From Lama glama (lineage: Eukaryota), in assembly GCA_028534125.1 (NCBI GenBank), contig CM052817.1, forward strand, positions 32,924,001 to 32,988,000: a stretch of DNA of 64,000 bases, in the 5' to 3' direction. Shown one piece after another: positions 36,350 through 48,949 of the stretch. How positions within the stretch are numbered: the first letter of the stretch is position 1; each line of letters opens with the position of its first letter. The position numbers and the translations under genes were made by a program. A model generated the notes under the pieces. That model ran no database searches. It saw only the letters and a program-made list of their open reading frames with translations, and was not told the origin of the DNA.

Positions 36350-36746
36350 CATAACGCCATTTGTCTTTTCCATTCTCATTCTCTTATGAGTACACAATGT
36401 CCTGTGATATCACAACAGACGATGCAAAAGGAGACGGGAGACTCCGCCTGTCTTTTATTGATCAAGACATTAAAGAAACTTGCAAAAATATAAAACAATG
36501 CCACTCACTATATATATGTACTTTGTTTTTGAAAATACAGTTTTTTTTTGGTAAAGGTATGTTTACTTTCTATGTTTACATAGTTTGTTGCTATGCCAAC
36601 ATGTAATGGCGTTATTATTGTCCATTTTAATTTCTAATAGACAAACAGTAATAGATAAAACATATTAAAAAAAGCTCTTTGGGGTTTCTGAATTATTTAT
36701 AAGAATGGGCAGAGGTCCTGAAGACCATAAGGTTCCAGAACTGCTG
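36350..36746 (+). mobile_element. hAT-Charlie (Charlie1-like) DNA transposon terminal fragment
   Basis: agacattaaagaaacttgcaaaaatataaaacaatgccactc, aaaagctctttgggg, and the terminal ggtcctgaagaccataaggttccagaactgctg. Confidence 0.75.
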
Positions 36747-37061
36747 CTTTACTGGGTCATAACACCTAGAGTGAACTATGAACTCAGAATTTACCCTACA
36801 ATTACTTGTGCATAGCAAAAATAAACTGCATTATATTTTTGGTTAAATACATTCATCAAGTACTTTTATACAAATAGCATATAACAGAATATCAATAATG
36901 AAAATATAAATATTTAAAACATTTGATAATTTTTGTAAGCCTGTTTTAACATTTCTTTATTTTAAATGTGGTAAGAGCTTAAACATTAGAACTTTCTTAA
37001 GTTCTGAACATCCATTAGTGAAGGAAACATGAAATTGAACTCAGGTTCGGCATTGTCAACA

Positions 37062-37256
37062 CTAATGGCTAGTATTTATTGGGTACTCACTCTGTGCCAG
37101 GCCTGTTTCTAAGTGTTTTCCACTTGTTCTCTCATTGAGCCCTCACGACAATATTAGAGGATGGCTTGTCCAAGGTCATCTTTTTCTGGTAAGTAGGGGA
37201 GCTGGGATTCAGACCCAGGGAGTCTGTCTCCAGAGCCCCTGCTCTAAACCACTGCA
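37062..37256 (-). mobile_element. MIR SINE (internally deleted)
   Basis: tatttattgggtactcactctgtgccaggc...cttgtccaaggtca...gagctgggattcagacccagg...ctccagagcccctgctctaaaccact. Confidence 0.85.
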
Positions 37257-37559
37257 TGGACCACTATGACATACCCAGTCCACGCCTGTTTCAGGAACCT
37301 TCGTCTCCTACTTGCCAGAGTAAAGGCATTTTGAGTGCAAATGGGGAAATGGGAAGTACAAATCAGAAAGGCTCTTAAGTGGATGATGGGATGTGGATGA
37401 GAGTACTTGGCTCTGCCTTCTGCTGCCTTTACATTGTGGGTTCCTTGAGGGCAGAGTTCTGTTTACTGCCATTGTATTATCTATTCATTTGGAAAATAAC
37501 ACCCTGTGTGTGAAGTGCTTCAGGACGGGGAGATCAGACAGTAGTTTTTAAGGACTTCT

Positions 37560-37627
37560 TCCCTGGGGAGGTGCGTCACAAGAAATTCTCATGAAGGCAA
37601 TATGTTCCCCTATTTACGTTACGCAAT
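37560..37627. promoter_or_regulatory. Candidate enhancer core (dense TF motif cluster)
   Basis: TCCCTGGGGA (EBF-type), TGCGTCA (CRE half-site), TTCTCATGAA (STAT N4), TGTTCC (steroid half-site), TATTTAC (FOX) and TTACGCAAT (C/EBP) within 68 bp, with retained CpGs. Confidence 0.45.
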
Positions 37628-38964
37628 CTGATCGTCTCACTCAGTCTGTCTTCAGCACTTTATTTAAAAGGAAACGTGATAGCAATAGACAATGATACAA
37701 GAGAAACCATAGGTCACTTTTCGCAAACCCAAATTTGGATAGAGGGGTGAGAGAGCCAGCTGGCCTGATGTTACATCCAGATGTGGCACAGCCTTTAGCC
37801 TGGGGAGGTATGTTATTAGGTGATTTGAAAATAGACATTATTATTACTGTAATTACAAAAGACAACATAGAACATCATCACCCTCAGTAGTAGTACTATT
37901 AACATTAATCACAGTCTCTCATGGAAGAGTTATCTTTGTTTTCATCAGGCTCCTTACTTCTGTATGGGCAACAGCTGGTTTTGGAAATTTTCCCCTGCAT
38001 TTCTGCCCAAACTCAATCCTAGTTATCAGAGAATCAAACAAAGAATTATAGGTATTCTTTGCTTAAGCATCTTAACATATACACCTACTAGAAAAATAAT
38101 ATTTCTAAGTCAGCTGGGGTATTCAGGAGTGGGGAGAACGGTATTCTGACTAATAACCAAAATCAGGAGCTCTTCCTACCTGTGTTTTTAAAAATTTAAT
38201 CACATATTACAACTTTTATCCCACCATAATATAAATGTAATAGCAGGATAAAATACTATTCAAGTGTGACACACAGAAAAAGAAAGTGTTTTCGCTTCAA
38301 GTGAGAGGCATTGCAATATTACATGTGCGATTAGGCACAAGTACACTTGCTTTTTGAGTGCACTGCAGGGATTCAGTCTCTTGAGTAACAAGACTGCTAT
38401 CATTACATGGAACCCATATAATTTAATAGGTGTACAGTGACATGAAACCACTATTAAAAATGTGAAATAACCTTGGCCTACCAAGAAAAGTATCATTCAT
38501 CTAGTAATTTCCTGAGTTCTTTTCACATTGAGATGACAAAACGGAGACTTCACTTACAAAAATGTATGTTCATACTTAAAATACGTAAAACCAAGTCCGG
38601 CATATAATAAAAGGAGCTTAACATGGTGAGGATTAATTTAGCAATTTCTTCATCTTCACAATTGGAAATAATAATTGGAATAAAGATTTTGTTTGACTTT
38701 ATTCAAAATTTATTTGTGAATACTGATTTTATGACTTTCAACTTAAATGTATAAATCAGTCTTTATATTAGAAGTGATAAGAAAAAACTCAGAGCAATTA
38801 TTCTGTAAGCAGTTTATTCCCCAGAGTAACAATTCTCCAAAGCTAATAAGGGAGGTATAGTTCCTTAGAGAAAAGGTACCATACAACACATTTAAAATAA
38901 TAACTCCCATGTTATAAAGAGATAAAAAGGGAAGGAATAAGGGGGTCTGATTTCACTTTCATAA

Positions 38965-39120
38965 GTTTATTTAAAGATCCTTATGATCAAATTCTATTGT
39001 CCCCTTTAACAGATAAGGAAAGTGAAGCTCAGAGAGGTGAAGCTACTCGCCCAAAGTCTCCAGTCCGATAAACGGGGAAGTTATCTCCGGGACAGGAAGT
39101 TGGCTCCAGAGCAACAGTGC
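38965..39120 (-). mobile_element. MIR fragment
   Basis: ccctttaacagataaggaaagtgaagctcagagaggtgaagctactcgcccaaagtc. Confidence 0.75.
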
Positions 39121-39944
39121 TTTATTGCTCATTAACTGACAAGAGTGAAAGACCACTACATAACCATGTAACTTGAAAAAGAATCACTGTTATTTGATTA
39201 AAGTACCCAGAATGTATTCAAAGCCTCTTCATCCCAACTGACTTTCTTAATCACCGAAATTAGATTTCCTTGATTAAATTAACCCTCTAGGACCACCCCA
39301 GATGCACATAACCGGATCTTGGAAAAGGGCTCCTGTGGCAAATTCTCTGCTTATCAGAATTTTATTCTAGCTAAACTCAAGGCATCAGCTGTCTATCCTG
39401 GATTTTGTATCATTTGTGGCTAATATTGAGGCAAACTGTAGTTTCACACTCCTGTTTCCTTCCTTCCTTAACATGTTTGCTCTTTATATAAAACATCAGT
39501 GTTATCTCAAGTTTACCTTCACTCTTTTGGCAATAGCTCCCAACACATCCATTTTTGATCAAAACATTGGAAGCAGTGGGAAAGGTGCTATTAAAACACT
39601 TCTAGCAACGCCCTGGGAATACAAATGAATTTATGGAAATTGTAAGTGAAGGGAGGGATTTATTACTTGGATAGATATTCTGATGATATAATTGAGCTCA
39701 CTTATGCTTCATTTTCAAAACTAGAAGCAACATTATTTACTTTCTACACCAACCTAGATCGCCAAAGGTCTTCAAAAGCAGACGTGAGACAGTAAGGTGT
39801 AATGGCTTGGAGGTGAAGACCCGTTACTGAACAAGCTCACTTTCAGAAGATGCCCTAATGCAATGAAGTATGAAATTATTTATGTGGAAAAAGAAACAAC
39901 TAGAGCCTTAAAATATGCCCCACGAAGTGTGAATGCTACCCCCA

Positions 39945-40115
39945 ACACTATTTATGAGAACTTGGGCAAGTTTCTTAACAATTGAGCTTCAATTTCCTCA
40001 TTTGAAAACTAGGCATTTAACAGGCACAGATTTCTTAGGGTTCAATGAGACGATCCACGTAAAGTAGTTAGTTTAGTGCTTGGCACATAGAAAATGCTCA
40101 ATAAATTATTATTTA
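39945..40115 (+). mobile_element. MIR SINE
   Basis: cttgggcaagtttcttaac...ttcctcatttgaaaa...agtgcttggcacatagaaaatgctcaataaatt. Confidence 0.8.
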
Positions 40116-41889
40116 TAATTAAAATATTATTAATATTTTATTTGGGCCATTTATAGCTTTCCACTAGGATGAGTGTTTCTAGTAGCTTACTTATATACGT
40201 ATATTTCTTTTTAAGAAGTAGTCAATTAGTTTTCCCAATAGTTATAGAAGGCAAAAAAAAGGGGGAAAAACAATCAGAAAAATAGAAAGGGAGGGGAGAG
40301 AACTCTACTCATGGCAGCAGACACCTTGAGAGTGGCAGGGAAACTTTCAGCAGAAGATGATCTCAGGAGAATAATTATTACACAAACGACAAGCAAGTAA
40401 TTAGCAGTGGTCATAGATCACTTATACCATTTAGCATGATAAATTCAGTAGGGCTCTTATGAGTTAAGAATATTCATACCATATATAAATTAATTCAAGG
40501 CTATAGACCAGGGAAGTAAGGGGAAAGGATAACAGACATAAACGTTAGTATAAATACAAGAGGGAAATCAGGAAAGAAAATGAATACTTCTACTGTAAGA
40601 ACACTTATGATCAAATAATAAGTCAGATGTCAGATTAGGAGAAAGCATGGAAAAGTTCTGCAATCCTGCTGAGTAACTGTCCTAGCAAACCATTAATATT
40701 ACTCTGGTTCACCTAACAGAATTTATTATTTTCCTTAAACAATACTTAGTCATATTTAAAGACATCAACTGTTATTCTGCTTTTATACTAATAATATCAC
40801 TTCAAAGTATGTCATAGTATCTTTTAGGCCAACATTATTCAAAAACATTGCCATTCTATTCCAAAATCTTCTGTCTTGGAAAAATAATTTTATAATAATT
40901 TTCTCTCTTTCCCATTTGGTTTCTGTTATCATATCTTAACAAAATAGAGTTTGGTTTCTTTCTAACTTAGAAAAATTAAATACACATAATGCTTCCTGTT
41001 GCCATTCCACTACCATACTATGTGCTTTGTCATTTTTCAACAGTTTTAGCACATGCACACTACAACCCTATACACTGGAGAAATGAATAAGGTTGATGAC
41101 TGAAGATTTAAAAGTGAAAATGATCAACTGAGCCCTTGAATAAGAACACCATATGTTTTTCATCCATTTTCTTGCTACTGTATTTCTTGAACAGCTCTTA
41201 CAAGAATAAAACCTTAAGGAACATGAATTTGTGGCAAGACCAGACAGAATATTCTGGAACTATGCTTTGAAGTAAAATCATTCCGTTAACATCAGGAGAT
41301 TTAATACCGCCATTTCACCATGAAAATAATCACAGATGAATGGTCTGACCAGGACTAATTGTCTTTGAAGTTCTCTAAATTCGAGCATTAAAAACAGTGC
41401 TTGACAAAACTCTTTACCTTATCAAAAAATTACAAAGAAAACAACTTGCAGGCAAAGCTCAATCTAATTTGGCTTATAACTAAAATCAAAGCTGCAACGT
41501 TAAGCAAAATTAAAAAGTGTATGAGAATCATGTTATTAAGACAACCTAAATTTGAGAGCCTGACCTTCAGTGCTTATTTTAGAGTTATTGAGGTGATGAA
41601 GTAACTGATGGGTGACAGCGGCCATTTAGCAATCAAATCAGAACAATCAATATGTGTGATCTTTCCTTGTGATCATTTTATGATATGTGTTCAAATTCTG
41701 TACCAGGAAGTGCAGCTGTAAAAACAAATTTTATAGTTGAAGCAAAACACAAAAAAATGGGTATCACAGGTTCAGAGGAACATTTCCTTGCACCTGAATG
41801 AGTCCTTTGGGGTGTTAGGGAGTTGGAACATTAAAAACTGAAGGCTTTTCTCAGTGTTCTAGTAGCCCCCTTCCAAGCAAGATTAGACA

Positions 41890-42222
41890 GAGCTTTAGCA
41901 CATGCTGTTCCTTCTGTCTGGAAAACCTTTCACGTTCCCTGCCTCATTCAGTCAGCTTACCTTCAGATCTCAGCTGAAGTGTTATTTCCTTGCGGAGGAT
42001 GTCTAGCCTGACTTCCCAGATTCAACCTTCCTATAATAGTGTACCTCTCCTCCATAGCACCTGTCACAGCTGCAACTGTACGTTTTCTATGTGTGGTTTT
42101 TGATCAGTTTCCTCCATTAGACTATATGCATCGTGAAGGAAAGGGGTCATGGATGCTTGTTCTCACCTTACAACCCCAGAACCTAGCAGAGTTAGGCACA
42201 GGATAGATGTCTGGGAGTTGAA
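41890..42222 (+). mobile_element. L2 3' region
   Basis: gcacatgctgttccttctgtctggaa, ccttcagatctcagct, ccattagactata, ccccagaacctagcagagt. Confidence 0.8.
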
Positions 42223-42875
42223 TCTTCCACCATTTTGATGTTAATTGCTCTGTCATTCCTTGAATGGCTGTACCTTGCCCCATTCCCTCCTGTCTTAACT
42301 GGAGTTCTACCCCAAGGCAAGTGTAGGATAGTGGTACCCCTCCATCACCCAATCTTACTTGGTTCCTTTCTACCTTCTTCCCTCTTCCTTCTTCCGGTAG
42401 CCTCATGCTGCTGAAAACATGGACCAAAATATACAGGATTAGAATGGAGATTTCAATCCTATATATCTTGGCCTTCTAGCTTCCTTACTCATCTTTACAT
42501 GCTTTAGTCATCCTGGAGCTCACACCTTCTTCTTGGTCAATATGGTCAGCATTCATTCATACCTACACTTCAATAAAGGCTTTCTGGAGGTGGGTCTTAA
42601 CCAAAAAAGTGGCTGTAATGGCACTGTGGCAAAGTTTTGGAACAGGTATGTGCCTTGAATTGATTTCATAGCAAAGCCACTGATGATAGGCCCCTGAGGA
42701 CAGGAGTCATCACCAACTCATAAAGGAATCCAGGGAATAAAGAGTCTGCTTTCTTCTATGACCAGGAGGGGAAGGGGGCTGATAGAGTTTGAGACTCAAG
42801 AGGCCAGGAGGAGTCCATCAGAGGGAGAAATCCAGAATATCAGATCCTAACAGTCTACAGAGTATTTGGCAAGCC

Positions 42876-43375
42876 NNNNNNNNNNNNNNNNNNNNNNNNN
42901 NNNNNNNNNNNNNNNNNNNNNNNNNNNNNNNNNNNNNNNNNNNNNNNNNNNNNNNNNNNNNNNNNNNNNNNNNNNNNNNNNNNNNNNNNNNNNNNNNNNN
43001 NNNNNNNNNNNNNNNNNNNNNNNNNNNNNNNNNNNNNNNNNNNNNNNNNNNNNNNNNNNNNNNNNNNNNNNNNNNNNNNNNNNNNNNNNNNNNNNNNNNN
43101 NNNNNNNNNNNNNNNNNNNNNNNNNNNNNNNNNNNNNNNNNNNNNNNNNNNNNNNNNNNNNNNNNNNNNNNNNNNNNNNNNNNNNNNNNNNNNNNNNNNN
43201 NNNNNNNNNNNNNNNNNNNNNNNNNNNNNNNNNNNNNNNNNNNNNNNNNNNNNNNNNNNNNNNNNNNNNNNNNNNNNNNNNNNNNNNNNNNNNNNNNNNN
43301 NNNNNNNNNNNNNNNNNNNNNNNNNNNNNNNNNNNNNNNNNNNNNNNNNNNNNNNNNNNNNNNNNNNNNNNNNNN
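42876..43375. other. Assembly gap (500 N)
   Basis: Run of exactly 500 N, probably a fixed-size scaffold gap. Confidence 0.99.
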
Positions 43376-43499
43376 ATAAACACTTCCCTATGGCTTCGTA
43401 AAACTCAGGTATTAATGTAACATGTGCTTACTGACATAACTTGTGATGGCAAGAAAATAAAAGACGGCCAAGTAGAGCAAGTGTGAAAGAGCTTTAGAA

Positions 43500-43605
43500 A
43501 TTTTAATTAATAGATTTTATTTTTTGAGAAGTTTTAGATTTAGAGGAAAATTGAGTGGGAAGTAGAGTTTCCGTATTATCCTCCAGCCCCTCTCCACAGT
43601 TTCTA
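43500..43605 (-). mobile_element. L1M (L1MB/L1MC-like) extreme 3' end
   Basis: taatagattttattttttgagaagttttagatttagaggaaaattgagtgg. Confidence 0.6.
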
Positions 43606-43785
43606 AAGTGTCTTTTTAAAAAACAATAAAATTTAACTGCCAGAAATAAAATGCTTTAAAATCTGTTCCCTTTGTTTCATGTTAATTGGCAAATTTTCTC
43701 TTTAAGATAAAGATCAGTACTAACTAACTTATTTTAAATGACTTTTTAGTTTATTTCAGAAGTAGAAAAGATAATAAATACTGAT

Positions 43786-43845
43786 GAAAGAAAAGGAAGG
43801 AAGGAAGAAGGAAGGAAGGAAGGAAGGAAGGAAGGAAGGAAGGAA

Positions 43846-43893
<48 letters not shown>

Positions 43894-43921
43894 AAGAAAG
43901 GAAAAGAAAAGAAAAGAAAAG

Positions 43922-43952
<31 letters not shown>

Positions 43953-43976
43953 GAAAAAAGAAAAGAAAGAAAAAAA
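43786..43976. repeat. Compound polypurine microsatellite (GGAA)n-(GAAA)n-(GAAAA)n
   Basis: About 190 nt of uninterrupted A/G, read directly. Confidence 0.97.
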
Positions 43977-43984
43977 TTCAAACA

Positions 43985-44320
43985 TAAATCCTTCACTCAA
44001 AGGTAACTACAAAAAGTTTATTGGTATAAATCTTTCCATACTTTTTCCTGTGTATGTATTTTTAATTTTTAAAAACAAAACTGGGATAAAATTCTATATT
44101 AGTTTTATGAAACAGATGGTAATTATCCACACAAAGGACATCCTGGCCATCTCTGCATTTCATTAAGTATTCTTCAACATTATTGTTAATGGGAGCATAA
44201 TATTCCATTTTATGGACAATCATCATCTATTTAACCAATGCCTCCCAGCTTTGGATATTTAATATTTATTTTTGAAACTGCAAGCATCTACTTTCTCAAG
44301 TCCACTCTTTTATACATCTT
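43985..44320 (-). mobile_element. Ancient L1ME-like 3' fragment
   Basis: aaaactgggataaaattcta, gcataatattccattttatgga, atttaaccaat. Confidence 0.6.
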
Positions 44321-45214
44321 TAAAGAATGGCACTTTGTAGGGTGGGAAAACCAATGCAGTGAAACACTAGACAATTTATTTTAATCTTTATACAAGATAC
44401 TAGTGTTGGCAAGGCGGGAAAGAAGAAAAGCTCTTCCTATGACCCTTGTTTAACTTCAGACAGATGTGCACGGTTCAAGGCCAGCAAAGTGATAAATAGG
44501 TTTTGGCAGCTCATTCTCCCTACCTTGAGTAGTATTACAGTGTGTCATTGGAGTGGATCATTTAGAGCAGGAAGCCAAGGACACTGTGTGGTGTTCTCCC
44601 AGGATAAATTCACAGATACCTCATAGAAGGCTTTGGCAAGATTCTCAGTGTACACAGAGAAGCATAGAAAGTGGCTTTATTTTAAGGCTCAGATTCAGCT
44701 GAAGGATCCGCTAGGGAATCCAGAGAAGGGAATGCCTGGGCTTGGGTTAAAATAGCTGGTTTATTCTCGCTTTCACAGAGCACAAAGGCTTTACTGATTT
44801 GCCCTGCAGTCATCTGCTAATCTCACACCTTGAGATAAGTAATACACACACATCCTCATTAACACTGAGTCAGTGACTCTGAAGGGAAGGATATCCAGGA
44901 GACTGAATTTCTAATTCACACTGAGTTACTATACTTCCATATCTCATTACAATTCAGTGTAGCTATCAGCCCACTACAGACAAGGCAAAGAAGTTTCTTC
45001 AACAAAAGCAGCCATATATCAAATTTCCTGTGAAATTTCCCAAATGCTATGCTTTAAACTTGCAGTAGTCAGTCATGAGTATATAATTTTACCTTCTAAG
45101 TGACTTTTTTATTTTTAAAGACAGAGGTCTGCAATGAAAAAAAAAATACTACCTTTGTTTATCCATCTTTTTATAACCAACTTTTCTTCAAAATGGGAAA
45201 AATTCTTTCTAGTT

Positions 45215-45500
45215 AGTTTTTATTCCCCTGATAATAAAAGTAATGCAACACAATACCATAAAAATCCATACAAAATAGAAAGTAAAAATCAACTTTAATT
45301 TCATTATCCAAAGATAGATGCTATTAAATGGTTGGATAGCTGGTGTATATTCTTAAGAGACGGTTTTCTCCCTGACACTTAAGTATTTAAAAAGACATGT
45401 TAGACATACTTGCTTTGTAATCTTGCTTTCCACTCTAATAATATGCATATACATCTTTCTTTGTCAATCAAATTGGTTTTTTTATGGCTGCATAATTAGT
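45215..45500 (-). mobile_element. Ancient L1ME-like 3' fragment
   Basis: ataaaagtaatgca, gaaagtaaaaatca, tttgtaatcttgctttccact, tttttatggctgcataa. Confidence 0.55.
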
Positions 45501-46379
45501 TATTTTTAATACTTAAAAAATCCTGATATAGTTTTACTTTGACAATTAAATTAGTAAGATTTTTTTTTTTCTTTTTTAGGGTCATGTGTTTAATGTTGAC
45601 ATCTGACTTGCTTCTAAAGAAACTTCATAGCAGACATTAATTAAAATAAATAGCCCAACCATCTACAGCTACAAATTTCTGCATAAGAAAAGACTATGCA
45701 CAATAAAAACAAAAATAAAACTATTAAAATGTCTTAAAAATGTTTACTTTTTTTGAGCTGGTTTTATTAGTTGTTTACTTTTGAAATGGATTAAATTAGA
45801 ATTTTTGACATTTTATGTGTTGCTCAACATGTGTTACTTAAAACGAGGTACAAACAGGAAGATCAGATGATTAGTACAAAGCAAAAATATTAAAAGAAAA
45901 ATTCAATTAAACTAAGAAAGATGTTTGCTAGGCTTTATTAATTTGAAGTTAAATTAATTATGAAAAGCAAAAGTCATTTAATTTTCAAAAAGAACCTTGA
46001 TTAGTATCTAAAATAATGAAAGAAAAGGGTATAGATAAAATTTTAAATTGCTTAAGAATCCTTTACATAATACATCATAAATAGTTCATGAAAAAGAAAT
46101 CATTGACTTAATATGTAAAGTGATTGATTTAGGAGGGTAAATTAAAATAAGAAACCATCATTATCAAATGATATGGATGCTGTATATATGATAGCACCAA
46201 ATGTATGCTTATTGATTATTTCCTTCTCTCCTGCTCACAGCACAGACTGATGATGATCTAGAAAGACACCCCTAATCTGTGAGGTTTACAACATAAAATG
46301 GCTGATTTTACTTTGAAACAGTGTTTATTTTGGTAATGTTTATAAATTACAATAGATCTCGTTAAGATTCTGATGAAAG

Positions 46380-46427
46380 CTCTATTTGAAATATATATCC
46401 TCATTACTCTATTTGAAATATGCATCC
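46380..46427. repeat. Imperfect direct repeat CTCTATTTGAAATAT(AT/GC)ATCC, period 27
   Basis: 46380-46400 vs 46407-46427, 19/21 identical. Confidence 0.85.
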
Positions 46428-46439
46428 ATACTATTTCAG

Positions 46440-46897
46440 ACACAGGAGATTCTCCCGTTAGATATTCTCCCTTCTTGTTTAGCACTGGAGGCCCTGGGAG
46501 AAAAAGACTACATTTCTTACTTGCCCTTTAAGCGAGGCGTGGCCTTGTGACTCAGTTCTGGCCAATGCAAGCATAGGTGTCATGTTCAACTTCCGAGAAG
46601 TGTTCTTAAAGGTGGGAATCATGGCTTTCTTCCACTCCCTCCTTACTTTCATCTTCATTGCTAGCTTGAATGTGTAAGCTGTGATTTTGGACTGCGAGGA
46701 GAAACCCAGAGGCTTAGTAGAATAAAACGATGAAAGGGAAGGAGCCTGGGCCGCTGATGATTGCAGAACTGCCCTATTGTCCTGGATGGCTTATCTCTGG
46801 AGTTAGTATAGTTTAAGAGGGAAATGACCTTACATTGTGTTAGGCCAGTTACTTGGTGTTCTGTCACTCACAGCTGAATCTAACATTAACTGATACA
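46440..46897 (+). mobile_element. MLT1 (J-like) solo LTR
   Basis: aaagactacatttc, gtggccttgtgactcagttctggccaatg, aaggagcctggg, and the terminal cagctgaatctaacattaactgataca. Confidence 0.8.
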
Positions 46898-47024
46898 GGT
46901 ACAAACACATCCACATTTTCATATAATATGAAGGGAGGTGTCAGTGGATCCTAAATTAAGAATATCATTTCAGAAATATATATAGGACACAATGATAATT
47001 ACTTAATGTTTGTACTCTGTAATT

Positions 47025-47200
47025 AACAACTTTTTTCACATCCATTATTTCTCTTGATCATCACAATAAGCCTGTGAAGTAAATATTATTTTTAGTCTCA
47101 TCAGTTTATAGATTAAAAGCAAAAACCCCCACAAAACTGATTTAAAGGCAAAAACAAAGACAAAACTGAGGCCCAGGGTATATTTCTTACTTAAAGTTAA
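47025..47200 (-). mobile_element. MIR fragment
   Basis: cacatccattatttctcttgatcatcacaataagcctgtgaagta...aaactgaggcccag. Confidence 0.6.
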
Positions 47201-47599
47201 TAATAGAGTGAAAACTGTAAGCAAGGAGAATGATTCCTAACCGTATTCCCTTATCACTGTTCCAATGACTGCAATACATGTATAGGCATTCCTGACTTTT
47301 GTAAAAAATCATTCTTAAAAACATCTAAGGAAGTTAAATATGTATAACTTAAAAGTAAGAGTTATATTCTATCAGGGAGATTCTATTTCCATATAATTAA
47401 ACAAAATTTTAGACATTATAAAGTTCTTAATTATATTAAAATTATTTCTACTTTTTTATCACCAGATAATAATACAATTTGAATATGATTATTTAAAACA
47501 TAGAAAGAAAAAAAAAACCTTTGTTTAACGTACAGTGCTTCACTAATGACATTGCCCCCACCTTTCCTCTGGTGACGAATTTTTTCCTCAGTGGTGTAT

Positions 47600-47962
47600 A
47601 AGCCAAGACAGGCCAATTCAAGTGCTCCCATTACAACCTTATAAATGGAACTGGTGGGACAAAATTTCTTCTCTGGTGGGTGACTGTTAGGATATGCGCC
47701 CAGGGACTCAGATACTTAAAGAAAACCTCATGTGCAATAAAAGATCATCATATACACAGAAGAAGAGGGTGAGACCATAGACAGAGATGGGAAGAGAGAG
47801 TCCTGCTAGAATCCAAATCCTAGTTTTAGACCCTGAGATGTCCAGCCTGCCTTGGCTTCTATAGTCTTTGACTGGACTGAGCCTCCTCCTAATAAAACCA
47901 TCTTCTTTGTGAAGGTGGCCTGAGTTGCATTCTGTTACTTACCCAAAGAATATTGACAAATA
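47600..47962 (+). mobile_element. MLT1K/L-like LTR fragment
   Basis: aataaaaccatcttctttgtgaagg...ctgagttgcattctgttacttacccaaagaatattgacaaata resembles the MLT1K/L 3' end; 5' boundary uncertain. Confidence 0.55.
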
Positions 47963-48009
47963 TAAACATTAAACATACTAATGTAAATAATGTAAATTAA
48001 ATTCTTTAG

Positions 48010-48125
48010 TGTTCATTCCTGCACTCATTAAACATTTATTTGGCACCCACTATGTGCCAGGCACTGGGCTAGGTTCTGGGGATACGGTGATAAGCCAAAC
48101 TGCCACAGTGCCTGATCCCTTTTGG
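48010..48125 (-). mobile_element. L2 3' end
   Basis: aacatttatttggcacccactatgtgccaggcactgggctaggttctggggatac. Confidence 0.85.
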
Positions 48126-48549
48126 AGGCACAAACTAAGTAACTAACAAAAGAACATTTTTAATATTAAGAATCAGCACTTACTAATGGGAATTTGGGGG
48201 TTCTAGTTCTGATGATCTTAACCTCCTCAAAAATTTGTCATAAAAGTATTAACTACTTTCTTTTCTCAGCAAAGGATTCTAGAGTGGGCCATATACCTAT
48301 CCACATTCTGTAAACTTCTGTAATGACTGAACACTAGAGTGATACTGTCAATCCATAATTTTAGAACCCTCTCAATCTCTGTATCACTGCGTCTTCAAAA
48401 TCATCTTCCTAGCATTTTGTATATCTTAGTTTTTTTCTTTTCTTTAACAAGTAAACATTCAGGTGATCAACTTAAGGAGAGTGTCCAATTGAGCCTAAAT
48501 ATTCATTAATTTTAATGCTCATAATCATTTTTAATTTGCATCAGTGAAA

Positions 48550-48690
48550 ATTCATTCATTGATTTCTTGCATTCATTCAACAAATATGTATTGAGAGCTT
48601 ATTATGTGTCATAGTTTTTTAGGTGCCAGGAATAAAGCAGGGAAAAAAAGAGACCAAACCCCTAGTCCTCAAGGATTTTATATTCTATTA
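48550..48690 (-). mobile_element. L2 3' end
   Basis: cattcattcaacaaatatgtattgagagcttattatgtgtca...taggtgccagg...cctcaagga. Confidence 0.8.
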
Positions 48691-48949
48691 AATTCTAGTA
48701 GAAATATCACCAACAGCAAAACTCCCATTTTTTCCATTGCTCATCAATTTTTATAAACAGCAGAGAAATACAATAAAACAGTCAAATAAGTGTCAGAACA
48801 TGGCTGATCAAACATGGTGACATTGTCAAAACAGGGTTACTCAGTATGAGACAATGCCATCAAGAGTTAGAGATCTTTATCAATCAAAATGTGAATCCAA
48901 CTGCAAAATTTTCTTTCAATGTTTTAGTTCATAATATATAAAAATACAA

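Noticed and set aside
42789..43420. Long ORFs of 178-196 aa in the ORF track
   Set aside because: Artefacts of translating the 500-N gap.
43746..44000. K/E/R-rich and F/S/L-rich ORFs
   Set aside because: Translations of the polypurine microsatellite.
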